Assembly (NCBI GenBank): GCA_031392105.1 | Contig: JANMUW010000267.1 | Coordinates: forward strand, 1-53,409 | Direction: 5' to 3' | DNA: 53,409 bases | Origin: Acidobacteriota bacterium | GTDB lineage: Bacteria > Acidobacteriota > Blastocatellia > Pyrinomonadales > Pyrinomonadaceae | In this document: piece by piece, positions 34,146 through 43,322 of the stretch | Numbering within the stretch: the first letter of the stretch is position 1 | Layout of the letters: each line of letters starts with the position of its first letter | Notes under the pieces: generated by a model | Told to the model about the DNA's origin: nothing | The model's input: the letters and a program-made list of their open reading frames with translations, nothing else | Database searches by the model: none | Program-made: the position numbers and the translations under genes

Positions 34146-36668
34146 TCACACTTTCTTTTGCTGGGCGATCAGCGGCTCGTTGCGATCCTGAGAATCACTC
34201 GGCTGGATGACGAACGGTTTTGACGCGTCATCCGCATCAGCACCAAGTGCCGCCTTGAGGACGTCGCTCACCCGCGTCGCGGGGACGATCTCGAGTTCAT
34301 TTCGAACGTCTTCGGGAATTTCTTCGATATCCGACTCGTTCTGCGCCGGCAGAATGATCCGCCGAATCCCGGCACGATGCGCCGCGAGAACTTTCTCCTT
34401 AACTCCACCGACCGGGAACACCAAACCTGAAAGCGTGATCTCACCGGTCATCGCAGTATCGGATCGAACTTTTCGTCCCGTGTAGAGCGAAGCCAGCGCT
34501 GAAGCCATAGTCACGCCGGCGCTCGGGCCGTCCTTCGGGATAGCTCCCGCCGGTACGTGCAAATGAACTCCGTTCTGCTTGATCACTTCAGGATCGATAC
34601 CGAACTCGGTCGCATGCGACCAGAGATAACTGCGTGCCGCTTGCGCCGATTCCTTCATCACTTCGCCGAGTTGCCCCGTCAGCGTCAGCCCGCCGCCGCC
34701 GGGAAGCAGCGTCGCCTCAATGAACAAAACTTCGCCGCCCATCTCTGTCCATGCCATTCCGGTCGCGACGCCCGGCGGCAATTCTTCGCGAGCCGATTCG
34801 GGATAAAAGCGCGGCGACCCAAGATACACTTTAATATCCTTTGCAGTGATGACGTACTTTGCAGACGCCGATTCCATTTGCCCCGAACTAGCCGGGCCTT
34901 TGTTGGTTCCGGTTCCAGCTTCTTCAGTCGGAGAAGCTTCGGCCACTTTCAATGCAATTTTGCGCGCCAGATTCCCGATTGTCCGCTCGAGTTGCCGTAC
35001 GCCGGCCTCGCGAGTGTATCGCGCCGTTAAAAGATTTATCGCGTCGTCCGTAATCTCCAGCTGTTCCGGCGTCAGGCCGTTCTCCTTTATCTGTCGGGCG
35101 ATCAGATACTGCTTCGCGATATTCAGCTTTTCGCGATCGCTGTAACCCGCGAGCTGGATGATCTCCATTCGGTCGCGGAGCGGAGTTGGGATGGGGCCGA
35201 GCTGATTCGCGGTCGCGATAAAAAATACCCGCGACAGATCGAAGGGAAGGTCGAGATAGTTGTCACGAAACGTGTTGTTCTGCTGCGGGTCGAGTATCTC
35301 CAGCAGCGCCGACGACGGATCGCCTCGATAATCGTTACCGAGCTTGTCGATCTCGTCGAGCATCATCACCGGATTGTTCACACCCGCACGCCTGAGGGCT
35401 TGAATGATCCGGCCCGGCATCGCACCGACGTACGTCCGCCGATGACCGCGAAGTTCTGCTTCGTCGCGCATTCCACCGAGGGACATTCTTTCGAACTCAC
35501 GACCGAGCGCTCGTGCGATCGAACGGCCGAGCGAGGTCTTGCCGACGCCCGGAGGCCCGACGAATAAAAGTATCGGCGACTTTCCGTCTGGTCGAAGTTT
35601 TACGACCGCGAGCGATTCCAGGATGCGCTCCTTGATGTCTTCGAGCCCGTAGTGATCTTCGTCGAGTATCTTTCGCGCTTCATTCAGATCGAGCCGTTCT
35701 TCACTCGATTTATTCCACGGCAGCTCGATTATGTATTCGAGATATGTACGAATCACGTGATAGTCGGGCGCAGCTTGCGGCAACGCTTCCATCCGCTTCA
35801 ACTCACGCTCCGCTTCCTTTCGAACCTCGGCGGGAAGATCTGCTGTCTCCAATCGCTCTCTCAGTTGCTCGGCCTCAGCCTTCTCACCTGTCTCGTCTTC
35901 GCCAAGCTCTTTCTGGATCTGCTTCAGCTGCTGTCGCAGGACATAATCGCGTTGCGACTTGTCCATCTCGCTCTGCGCTTCGGTCGCGATCTTCGAGCGG
36001 ATCTGCATGATCTCGAGTTCACGTGCCAGAGCCGCGTGTGTCAGAGTCAGCAGTCCGTCGACGGTACTCGACTCAAGCATCTTCTGCTCGGTCTCCGTCC
36101 CCAGGTCGAGGACCGAAGCGAGAAAATATGAAAGCTGGACGGGGTCCTGCTGGTTCATGACCGCCATGCGGATCTCGGGCGGAACTTGCGGCAGCAGCGC
36201 AAGCGCCTGCTGGATCATCTGCTGAATGTTTCGTTTCAGCGCTTCGATCTCTTCATCGTCGACGCGTCTCAGCTCGGGAAGAATCTCAACACGCGCCTTC
36301 AAGTAGGGCTGCTCCGTAAGCCATTCCTTTATTTCGAACCGGTCCGTGCCCTGGACGATGAGCTGCATGACACCTTCGTTCCGCATCATGCGCTTTACGT
36401 TGACGATCGTTCCGATCTTGTAGAGGTTGTCGTATTTCGCCTCGTCGCCGGTCACGTCCGGTGTTTTCGTTGTCACGCAAGCCAGCAGTTTTTCTTCCGT
36501 CGCGAGTGAAGACTCGACGGCACGCATCGAGCGCTCGCGGCCAACCGCCAGCGGCACGACGGTTTCCGGAAACAGCGTCGTATTCTGAAGAGGAAGGATA
36601 GCGATTTCAAATTGCTGCGGCAGCTTGTTCGCAACCGCTCCCGTTTTTTCTGTAGTCTCGTCTGCCAT
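34146..36668 (-). CDS. lon: ATP-dependent Lon protease
   Basis: Contains the LON N-domain (LPLQNTTLFPETVVPL), Walker A GPPGVGKTS, and the protease domain with PKDGPSAGV. Confidence 0.95.
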   Translation of the reverse strand: MADETTEKTGAVANKLPQQFEIAILPLQNTTLFPETVVPLAVGRERSMRAVESSLATEEKLLACVTTKTPDVTGDEAKYDNLYKIGTIVNVKRMMRNEGVMQLIVQGTDRFEIKEWLTEQPYLKARVEILPELRRVDDEEIEALKRNIQQMIQQALALLPQVPPEIRMAVMNQQDPVQLSYFLASVLDLGTETEQKMLESSTVDGLLTLTHAALARELEIMQIRSKIATEAQSEMDKSQRDYVLRQQLKQIQKELGEDETGEKAEAEQLRERLETADLPAEVRKEAERELKRMEALPQAAPDYHVIRTYLEYIIELPWNKSSEERLDLNEARKILDEDHYGLEDIKERILESLAVVKLRPDGKSPILLFVGPPGVGKTSLGRSIARALGREFERMSLGGMRDEAELRGHRRTYVGAMPGRIIQALRRAGVNNPVMMLDEIDKLGNDYRGDPSSALLEILDPQQNNTFRDNYLDLPFDLSRVFFIATANQLGPIPTPLRDRMEIIQLAGYSDREKLNIAKQYLIARQIKENGLTPEQLEITDDAINLLTARYTREAGVRQLERTIGNLARKIALKVAEASPTEEAGTGTNKGPASSGQMESASAKYVITAKDIKVYLGSPRFYPESAREELPPGVATGMAWTEMGGEVLFIEATLLPGGGGLTLTGQLGEVMKESAQAARSYLWSHATEFGIDPEVIKQNGVHLHVPAGAIPKDGPSAGVTMASALASLYTGRKVRSDTAMTGEITLSGLVFPVGGVKEKVLAAHRAGIRRIILPAQNESDIEEIPEDVRNELEIVPATRVSDVLKAALGADADDASKPFVIQPSDSQDRNEPLIAQQKKV

Positions 36669-36682
36669 ATGTGCTTCTTGTT

Positions 36683-36745
36683 CTCTTTGCGACTTTGCGC
36701 CTTTGCGGGAAATTTATCTCCCGTAAAGACGCAAAGCCGAAAAGG
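36683..36745. repeat. Imperfect palindrome (three CTTTGCG words) in the hsp20-lon spacer
   Basis: CTTTGCGACTTTGCGCCTTTGCGGGA (left arm) faces TCCCGTAAAGACGCAAAGCCGAAAAG (right arm). Several mismatches. Confidence 0.6.
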
Positions 36746-36748
36746 AAT

Positions 36749-37111
36749 CTATTCACCCTTCCAAAGGCGAATTATCAAAATGCCGTCTTCAAAATTATGT
36801 TCGATCCGCGCACCCTCTATCGCTGACGGAAAGTTCAGCGTCTTTTCGAATCGGCTATACGTGATCTCCATCTGTTGGAACGAATGCCCCACCGCGCACG
36901 ATCGGTCTTTTCGTGCTCCGGCGATGTAAAGAACGTTTCCCTGTATGTCGATCTCGATATCTTCAACCGAAACCCCGGCAAGCTCGACCTTCACGAGCCA
37001 GCCTTCCGGCGTCTGATACACGTCCGCAGCCGGAAGCCACAATTGCCCCGAGGGCCGCGCGTTTTTCGACGATGCGAGAAACTGAAAATGCCGGTTGAAT
37101 GATTTTGCCAT
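36749..37111 (-). CDS. Hsp20/alpha-crystallin small heat-shock protein
   Basis: Contains PAADVYQTPEGWLVKVELAGVSVEDIEIDIQGNVLYIAG and EDGILIIRL. Confidence 0.88.
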   Translation of the reverse strand: MAKSFNRHFQFLASSKNARPSGQLWLPAADVYQTPEGWLVKVELAGVSVEDIEIDIQGNVLYIAGARKDRSCAVGHSFQQMEITYSRFEKTLNFPSAIEGARIEHNFEDGILIIRLWKGE

Positions 37112-37120
37112 TTCTAGAAC

Positions 37121-37199
37121 AGTGATGAGTGACTAGGGACGAGTGACAAGCTTCGGAAAAGAATTTCGTCACTCGTCATTTTCCCTCGTCACTAACACT
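37121..37199. repeat. Imperfect palindrome built from GTGAYNA heptamers (CBS-hsp20 spacer)
   Basis: The left arm is GTGATGA GTGACTA GGGACGA GTGACAA. The right arm is CGTCACTCGTCATTTTCCCTCGTCACTAACACT. It shares AGTGATGAGTGAC with the element at 50371-50486. Confidence 0.75.
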
Positions 37200-37662
37200 A
37201 CTTTTTACTCCAAAAACTACTGCCGCTCGAGATCTCTTCCAAGGCCTCCATGATCTCGCGTTCATCTTCCATCTCGAGAGCGATGTCGGCCATCGCTATG
37301 ATCCCGGCTAACGCTCCGGACTCATCAACAACCGGTATGCGGCGAACCTGTTTGTCGCCCATCAAGCGGATCGCCTCGAAAACGAAATCGTCGGGCTTAA
37401 CGGAAAAGATCTCTGTCGTCATCGCCTCACCGACCGCTGACGAAGCGTCGAGCCCGTCCGCAATCGAGCGCACGACGATGTCACGGTCGGTCACTATCCC
37501 GACGAGCTTTCCGTTCTCAACAACCGGTACGGAGCCCATGTCGCCATCGCGCATCATCACCGCTGCATCCCTTAGCGGCATGTCCCGCGTCGCGGTCTTG
37601 ACGTTCGACGTCATTATTTCCCTGCACTTGATGCGGGCAGCGCGCGAGGCTTCGGTCATCAA
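37198..37662 (-). CDS. CBS domain pair protein
   Basis: Two CBS motifs: IMTSNVKTATRDMPLRDAAVMMRDGDMGSVPVVENGKLVGIVTDRDI and VKPDDFVFEAIRLMGDKQVRRIPVVDESGALAGIIAMADI. Confidence 0.88.
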   Translation of the reverse strand: MMTEASRAARIKCREIMTSNVKTATRDMPLRDAAVMMRDGDMGSVPVVENGKLVGIVTDRDIVVRSIADGLDASSAVGEAMTTEIFSVKPDDFVFEAIRLMGDKQVRRIPVVDESGALAGIIAMADIALEMEDEREIMEALEEISSGSSFWSKK

Positions 37663-37852
37663 TTTCTCCTTTCAATTATTTTGTTGGACTTGGGCAAAGA
37701 AAGCAAGCGATTCGGAATTGCCGTTGGCGCTTGTCCGGATGTCGTTGACTTGCCCGCGTGTTTGATAGTACAACCTTCGAGTCCCTACCTTTCAGAATCC
37801 GCATCCGACGCACTTCGACGTCTGATGGCTGTTGTATCAAGGAGAAAAGACC

Positions 37853-39133
37853 ATGCTTAAAAACTTCACGATCGCGGCGTTATCCATTCTCTTTTCACTT
37901 ATGTTTGCCGGCCCCGCGTCGGCGGGATCCGGACCGGTCGATACGACCGGAGAGATCAACGGAGCGCCTTACCGCATCGCTATTCCCGAGAACTGGAATG
38001 GAACTCTGCTCGTTTACGGGCACGGCTACCGGGACAAGGCTGACCACCCAGGCGAAGTCGACAACCGGAATCCGGATATCGCGCCGAATGCGGCGCTCGC
38101 AACGGCGTTGCTGGCACAGGGATATGCTCTCGCCGGGTCAGCTTATCGCGACAACGGTTGGGAGGTTGAGGGCGGTATTCACGACTTGAAAGACTTGACC
38201 GTCTATTTTCGCAACACATACGGCAAGCCCGACGAGACAATTCTCTGGGCCTTCTCGATGGGAACTTACATTGCGTTCGAAAGCATGGAACGGTTCGGTG
38301 GGATCTACGACGGAGCACTCTGCGGTTGCGCGGGCGGGGCCGGTGCAACGCGGTCGTGGGATGGGGCCGGCGATCTCGCCGTCGCTTACGATACTGTCTT
38401 TGGAATGCCCGCCACCTGGGGAAATGCCGGAGACGTTCGTGACACGATCGATTTTGAGTCAGAGGTTCAGCCAAAGTTGATCACCGAAGTTTCGAACCCG
38501 GCTAATTTCCCGAAATTCGAATTTCTTCGACTCGTTGTTGGAACACCCGGACGCGGCATAACTCCACCGGCGCCACCGGCCTTTTATCCGGGATGGCTGT
38601 TTACCGACATGTTCTTCACGATGGAGGCGCGCTCCGAGCTTGAACGCCGGGCGGGCGGGCCGATCGTCCAGAACCTTGATCGCAATTACAATCTCACCGC
38701 GGCTGAGCGCTCTTACCTAACCGGTTTGGGAGTTCCGGCGGTTGTTATCGACGGATGGCTCGCGACGATGAACAACTCGCGAATCTTCGAAGCACCGAAG
38801 TTCTCTCGGAATTACGTCGAGCATTATGCAAACTACACCGGCAGGATCAAGCATCCGATACTGACGATTCACACTGTCATCGACCCGCTCGTAACAGTTT
38901 CGCAAGAACACGAATACGCCGAAACGATCTCCGCTGCAGGCCGAAGCCGGCTTCTCAAACAGACCTACACGAATGGAATTGGACACTGCAATTTCACTGG
39001 ACCTCAGTTGCTAACCGCTATCGCTGCGATCCACGGGTGGGTAGAGACGGGAGTCAAGCCTTCGGACAGCGCGTTCCCGGCGGCCCTGGGCTTCAATCAG
39101 GCATTCGTTCCACCACCAATGAATCAGCCATAG
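37853..39133 (+). CDS. Secreted alpha/beta-hydrolase-like protein
   Basis: AGGAG SD precedes ATG 37853. Signal peptide MLKNFTIAALSILFSLMFAGPASAGS. Contains a possible nucleophile elbow (AFSMGT). I cannot name the family. Confidence 0.6.
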   Translation: MLKNFTIAALSILFSLMFAGPASAGSGPVDTTGEINGAPYRIAIPENWNGTLLVYGHGYRDKADHPGEVDNRNPDIAPNAALATALLAQGYALAGSAYRDNGWEVEGGIHDLKDLTVYFRNTYGKPDETILWAFSMGTYIAFESMERFGGIYDGALCGCAGGAGATRSWDGAGDLAVAYDTVFGMPATWGNAGDVRDTIDFESEVQPKLITEVSNPANFPKFEFLRLVVGTPGRGITPPAPPAFYPGWLFTDMFFTMEARSELERRAGGPIVQNLDRNYNLTAAERSYLTGLGVPAVVIDGWLATMNNSRIFEAPKFSRNYVEHYANYTGRIKHPILTIHTVIDPLVTVSQEHEYAETISAAGRSRLLKQTYTNGIGHCNFTGPQLLTAIAAIHGWVETGVKPSDSAFPAALGFNQAFVPPPMNQP

Positions 39134-39140
39134 CTGCACG

Positions 39141-39172
39141 AAGAGCCGGAGCGATTCCGGCTCTTTTACTTT
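39141..39172 (+). terminator. Rho-independent terminator
   Basis: 10-bp stem AAGAGCCGGA/TCCGGCTCTT with a 5-nt loop and a T run. Confidence 0.75.
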
Positions 39173-39288
39173 GAGGGCATCGAGCGTGTTCGCGGTGTTT
39201 TGCCGCGCACCGCGAAAAATCGGGCAAACCATTCAGTCTGGAGCGCGTCAAAAGTGCTCGTGCTTGCTAAGCCTGCACGGCAAAAATC

Positions 39289-39765
39289 ATGAAAAGAACT
39301 GTATCTATCCTCGCATTCGTCATCACATTCCTTTCGACGACCGGGGCCTTTGCCCAGGGCCGGCCGGAGTGGATCGGACAGGTCAAACAAACGCTCAAGC
39401 AAAAGGAGACGGCATGGAAAATCGAGGATGGTCTCCTTAATGACAGTGAGGTGATGTATGAGGAAAGCTTTCGGTTTAAGAAAGGTGCGTTTACCGGCGT
39501 CGTTGAGATAGACGTCTACTACATACTGACAAATCCGGAAGAAACTTTTGGCGGTATCGTTACGGTAACGGACAACCTTAGTAAGCGCGAAAAGAAGACA
39601 AAGCTTCCCGGTCTCGGGGATGAGGGATATATGTGGACCAGCAGCAACGCCGGCGACTACACAAAGATCTTATTCAAGAAAGACAAGACTTTCGTTTCGA
39701 TTTGGCTCCCTGGACGGGCCCTCGCGCAGCGTGTTGCGAAACATGTGGCGGCTCACATGCCATAG
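39289..39765 (+). CDS. Secreted hypothetical protein
   Basis: Signal peptide MKRTVSILAFVITFLSTTGAFAQ. I recognise no family. The 3-prime end overlaps the convergent ferredoxin gene by 13 nt. Confidence 0.55.
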   Translation: MKRTVSILAFVITFLSTTGAFAQGRPEWIGQVKQTLKQKETAWKIEDGLLNDSEVMYEESFRFKKGAFTGVVEIDVYYILTNPEETFGGIVTVTDNLSKREKKTKLPGLGDEGYMWTSSNAGDYTKILFKKDKTFVSIWLPGRALAQRVAKHVAAHMP

Positions 39766-39998
39766 TCATATTCGCTGCCACCGATCGCTTCGACTGGGCA
39801 TGCATTAAAAGCTTCTTCACAGAGCTCCCGCTCCTCGGGCGATTCGGGCTGTTTATAGACGTACGAGTATCCGTTCTCGTCGTTACGTCGGAAGTTCGCG
39901 GGTGAGGTATCGCGACACACGTCACAATCGATACACTGCGAGTCGACAAAATATCTGCCCGGAATATTGTCCGGAAGCTTATCTCCTAGAAATGCCAT
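39753..39998 (-). CDS. Small ferredoxin
   Basis: 81 aa with CIDCDVC...CPVEAI, a single-cluster ferredoxin pattern. Confidence 0.8.
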   Translation of the reverse strand: MAFLGDKLPDNIPGRYFVDSQCIDCDVCRDTSPANFRRNDENGYSYVYKQPESPEERELCEEAFNACPVEAIGGSEYDYGM

Positions 39999-40006
39999 AA
40001 GAACAT

Positions 40007-40077
40007 GCCCGCGAAATACGCGAAAGATGCGAAAGTAAGAAGGCTCTCTTTCGCGTCATTTCGCCTATTTCGCGGGC
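40007..40077. repeat. 71-bp palindromic element, GCCCGCGAAA family (CGCGAAA nonamer words)
   Basis: GCCCGCGAAATACGCGAAAGATGCGAAAG faces CTCTTTCGCGTCATTTCGCCTATTTCGCGGGC. The outer 12 bp pair perfectly. The termini and length match the element at 51741-51811. Confidence 0.8.
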
Positions 40078-40083
40078 AGATTT

Positions 40084-41199
40084 CTATCCCGCTTTTTTCT
40101 CCGTCAGCGAGATCATTCGTTCGAGTGCGATCCCAGCAAAATGTTTTGTCTCGTCGTCGACTACGATCTCATTCACCACGACTCCGTTCACCAGATTATC
40201 CATCGCCCACGCAAGATTTGGCGGTGCGATCCGGTACATCGTCGCGCACATGCATAGGTCGGGTGCGAGAAGGCGAATCTCCTTGTCGGGAAAACGCTGT
40301 TGAAGACGGTTCACGAGATTCACTTCTGTCCCGATCGCCCATTTCGATCCCGACGGCGAGTTTTCGACGGTTTTAATAATGAATGAAGTCGATCCGTCGA
40401 GATCGCTGATCTCAACAACCTCCCGCATACACTCTGGATGGACAAGGACCTGAACACCCGGAACCTCGCCGCGGATCTTATCGACGTGCCAGGGTTTGAA
40501 TCTTCCGTGCACCGAACAGTGTCCCCGCCACAGGATCAGCTTCGCTTCGCGTAGTTGTTCTGCCGTGTTTCCGCCGAGCTCCTCATGCGGATTCCAAAGC
40601 GCCATCTTGTCTAACGGGATGCCGAACTTTGCTCCGGTATTTCGCCCGAGATGCTGATCAGGAAAAAAGAACATCTTGTCGAACTGTTTGAGATAGATGT
40701 CGAACAGCGGAACGGCATTCGAAGAAGTACAAACGACGCCTTCGTTCCGACCGCAGAAAGCTTTTATCGCGGCGGACGAATTCATGTAGGTGATGGGCGC
40801 GACTTTTTGTTCGAGCACGCCGATATCGCGAAGCTGCTCCCACGCGTCCTCGACCTGGTCGATCGTCGCCATGTCAGCCATCGAACAACCGGCGCCAAGA
40901 TCCGGCAAAATTACACGCTGCGAAGGTTTCCCCAGAATGTCGGCCGACTCGGCCATAAAATGCACGCCGCAGAAGACAATGTACTCAGCGTCTGTCTGCG
41001 AAGCCATGACCGATAATTGATATGAATCGCCCGTAAGATTTGCATGGCGAATTACATCATCGCGTTGATAGTGATGGCCGAGAATGACAACACGCGGACC
41101 GAGCGCCTCGCGGGCAGCTTCGATCTGCGTCGCCAATTCGTCGTCTGACATGACTAGGAAATCTTCGAGCGGCCTGACTTGTTCTACTACTAATGGCAT
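40084..41199 (-). CDS. nadA: Quinolinate synthase NadA
   Basis: Contains ILGHHYQRDDV, FCGVHFMAE, CSMADM and VHPEC. ATG 41199 is preferred over the longer ORF-track start at 41235. Confidence 0.88.
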   Translation of the reverse strand: MPLVVEQVRPLEDFLVMSDDELATQIEAAREALGPRVVILGHHYQRDDVIRHANLTGDSYQLSVMASQTDAEYIVFCGVHFMAESADILGKPSQRVILPDLGAGCSMADMATIDQVEDAWEQLRDIGVLEQKVAPITYMNSSAAIKAFCGRNEGVVCTSSNAVPLFDIYLKQFDKMFFFPDQHLGRNTGAKFGIPLDKMALWNPHEELGGNTAEQLREAKLILWRGHCSVHGRFKPWHVDKIRGEVPGVQVLVHPECMREVVEISDLDGSTSFIIKTVENSPSGSKWAIGTEVNLVNRLQQRFPDKEIRLLAPDLCMCATMYRIAPPNLAWAMDNLVNGVVVNEIVVDDETKHFAGIALERMISLTEKKAG

Positions 41200-41362
41200 C
41201 AGGAAAATGATGGCGCTTTCGCAGGTGGGAATCAACCGCCGAGGCGCAGAGAGCGGAGGTAGGAAGAATTAAAATGCGAGCTTGTATTGAAGCGACGGAG
41301 TGGGAAGTGAGGGTCATTGTACGCTGATACCATTGTGTCTCAGGGTCTCTGGGGTCCTACTG

Positions 41363-42439
41363 TCAGGCAACGCCTGCGATCTTTTCTATCATGAGGACAA
41401 CAGCGTAGGTCAGCGCTGCAATCAGTGCAGCCATAGGAATAGTAAGGATCCATGCCCAGACGATTCGCCCTGCGACGCCCCATTTGACCGCTGAAAGTCG
41501 TTTGGCGGCACCGACGCCGACGATCGATCCGGTGATCGTGTGGGTGGTCGAAACAGGGATGCCTGTGAAGGTCGCAAAAAATAGTGTCACGGCACCGGCT
41601 GTTTCCGCACAGAACCCGCCGACCGGCTGAAGCTTCACGATCTTCGTGCCCATGGTCTTAACAATGCGCCATCCGCCCGATAGAGTCCCCAATCCGATCG
41701 CCGCGTGCGCCGCGAGCACCACCCAAAGTGGAACTTCGGGCAACTTCCCGTCGGGCAAGGCCTGAAGAAAACCACCGGCCACGAGGACGATGGTTATTAT
41801 TCCCATCGTCTTCTGTGCATCATTTCCGCCGTGACCAAGCGAGAATGCAGCAGCCGAGAAGAGTTGACCAATGCGGAAGCCTTTGTCGATCTTGTGAACT
41901 GACACCTTTCGGAATATCCAGTAGACCGCGACCATTAGGAAAAAGCCGAGCGTCATCCCGATCAGCGGCGAGAGAACGATAAAGGAGAGGGTCTTTATCC
42001 AGCCGGCCGCTTTCAGAACCGTCTCTACCCCGAAAAAGCCGAAGTGCCAGATATAGGATGAGATCGCGGAACCTGCATACGCTCCGACGAGCGCATGCGA
42101 ACTGGAGGTCGGAAGTCCGAGGTACCACGTGATGAGATTCCAGATCGTTGCTCCGAGCACCGCCGCAAGTAGCACGTATAACTGATCGCCCGGCGGGATC
42201 GCCGCAATGTTTATCATATCGCCGCCGATAGTTTTGGCGACCGCGGTTCCAAAAACGACGAACGCGATAAAGTTGAAAAATGCAGCCCACGCAACTGCGA
42301 CTCCAGGGCTCAATACGCGCGTCGCGACAACCGTCGCTATCGAATTGGCCGCATCGTGAAAGCCGTTCACGTAGTCGAATATGAGTGCGATCACGATGAT
42401 CAACACTACAAGGCTCAGCGCGGCTGTTTGTCCTTCCAT
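41363..42439 (-). CDS. pit: Inorganic phosphate transporter, PiT family
   Basis: Contains FDYVNGFHDAANSIATVVATR and GHGGNDAQKTMG, in a polytopic protein. Confidence 0.9.
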   Translation of the reverse strand: MEGQTAALSLVVLIIVIALIFDYVNGFHDAANSIATVVATRVLSPGVAVAWAAFFNFIAFVVFGTAVAKTIGGDMINIAAIPPGDQLYVLLAAVLGATIWNLITWYLGLPTSSSHALVGAYAGSAISSYIWHFGFFGVETVLKAAGWIKTLSFIVLSPLIGMTLGFFLMVAVYWIFRKVSVHKIDKGFRIGQLFSAAAFSLGHGGNDAQKTMGIITIVLVAGGFLQALPDGKLPEVPLWVVLAAHAAIGLGTLSGGWRIVKTMGTKIVKLQPVGGFCAETAGAVTLFFATFTGIPVSTTHTITGSIVGVGAAKRLSAVKWGVAGRIVWAWILTIPMAALIAALTYAVVLMIEKIAGVA

Positions 42440-42519
42440 GTATTGGTAGTCGGTAGTAAGTAGCCGATAGAAAAGCGTCCAAGCAGCGCGAGCTGCTACC
42501 TTCTGCCGGCTACCGGCTA

Positions 42520-43140
42520 CTAGTTGTGCTTCAAAACTATGCTCTCAATGATATTGGCCACGCTTTCGCAGCGATCGGTTGCGTTCTCGAGAATCTCGTA
42601 AAACTCTTTCCACTTGATCACTTCGATCGGATCTTTCTCGTTTTTAAATAGCTCACCAATGGCGCGGAAGTAAACGTCGTCGGCCTCATTCTCGAGCCGG
42701 TGAATTTCGCGAAACCGTTCGGTAATTCCATCGGGCTTTTTTAGTACCGATACCGCACCGTTGATCTCCACGCCCAGGTCCTTGATGATCCTCGCGAGCT
42801 GGCGCGAATACGCGTTCTGATGGCGAATGTCGTACATCACGATCGCCCGAACACCCGCGTCGATGTAGTCGCAGATGTCGTCCAGAGCGACAGCGAGGGT
42901 ATATATGTCCTCCCGATCGAAGGGCGTGATGAACGATTTGTTCAGCTTGTTCGTGATCTGATGCGTGATCTGGTCGCACGCATGCTCGACGTCCTTGACG
43001 CGCGTTTTGAACGACGCAAAATCCGCGTCCGGAGTGTCAAGCATCTCGGTCAGGATCGCCGATGCTTCCTCGATCTTCCCGGCCATCTTCGTGAACAAGT
43101 CGAAATAAACGTCTTCGCGCGGCAGTAAGCTAAATGCCAT
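42520..43140 (-). CDS. DUF47/PhoU-like PiT accessory protein
   Basis: MAFSLLPREDVYFDLFTKMAGKIEEA matches my memory of TIGR00153/DUF47 N-termini. GGAG SD precedes ATG 43140. The gene sits directly upstream of pit. Confidence 0.8.
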   Translation of the reverse strand: MAFSLLPREDVYFDLFTKMAGKIEEASAILTEMLDTPDADFASFKTRVKDVEHACDQITHQITNKLNKSFITPFDREDIYTLAVALDDICDYIDAGVRAIVMYDIRHQNAYSRQLARIIKDLGVEINGAVSVLKKPDGITERFREIHRLENEADDVYFRAIGELFKNEKDPIEVIKWKEFYEILENATDRCESVANIIESIVLKHN

Positions 43141-43231
43141 AGGAAATCTCCGAATTTGAATCGTCAGTTTTGAGGTGTTCAATATAGCCGAGCCAACATG
43201 GCTTGTCTATTAAGGTAAAAATTGCGCAAAG

Positions 43232-43282
43232 GTTACGAAACTATGAGTTCCGTGTTAACGGGATGTTAACTCGGAGTTACAT
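43232..43282. promoter_or_regulatory. Pho-box-like array: 11-bp-phased GTTA(A)C repeats
   Basis: GTTACGA at 43232, GTTAACG at 43254, GTTAACT at 43265 and GTTACAT at 43276, all on one helical face (multiples of 11 bp). The array lies in the divergent region between the DUF47-pit operon and the DUF2490-like gene. Confidence 0.6.
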
Positions 43283-43322
43283 TTCGATCCCTGTGTGAAC
43301 GACCGGTTATAGACTTGTAACG

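Noticed and set aside
37121-37199. Possible CIRCE/HrcA operator upstream of hsp20
   Set aside because: The half-site order and spacing (GAGTGAC...GTCACTC with a long spacer) do not match TTAGCACTC-N9-GAGTGCTAA. The same word family also occurs next to non-stress genes at 50371-50486.
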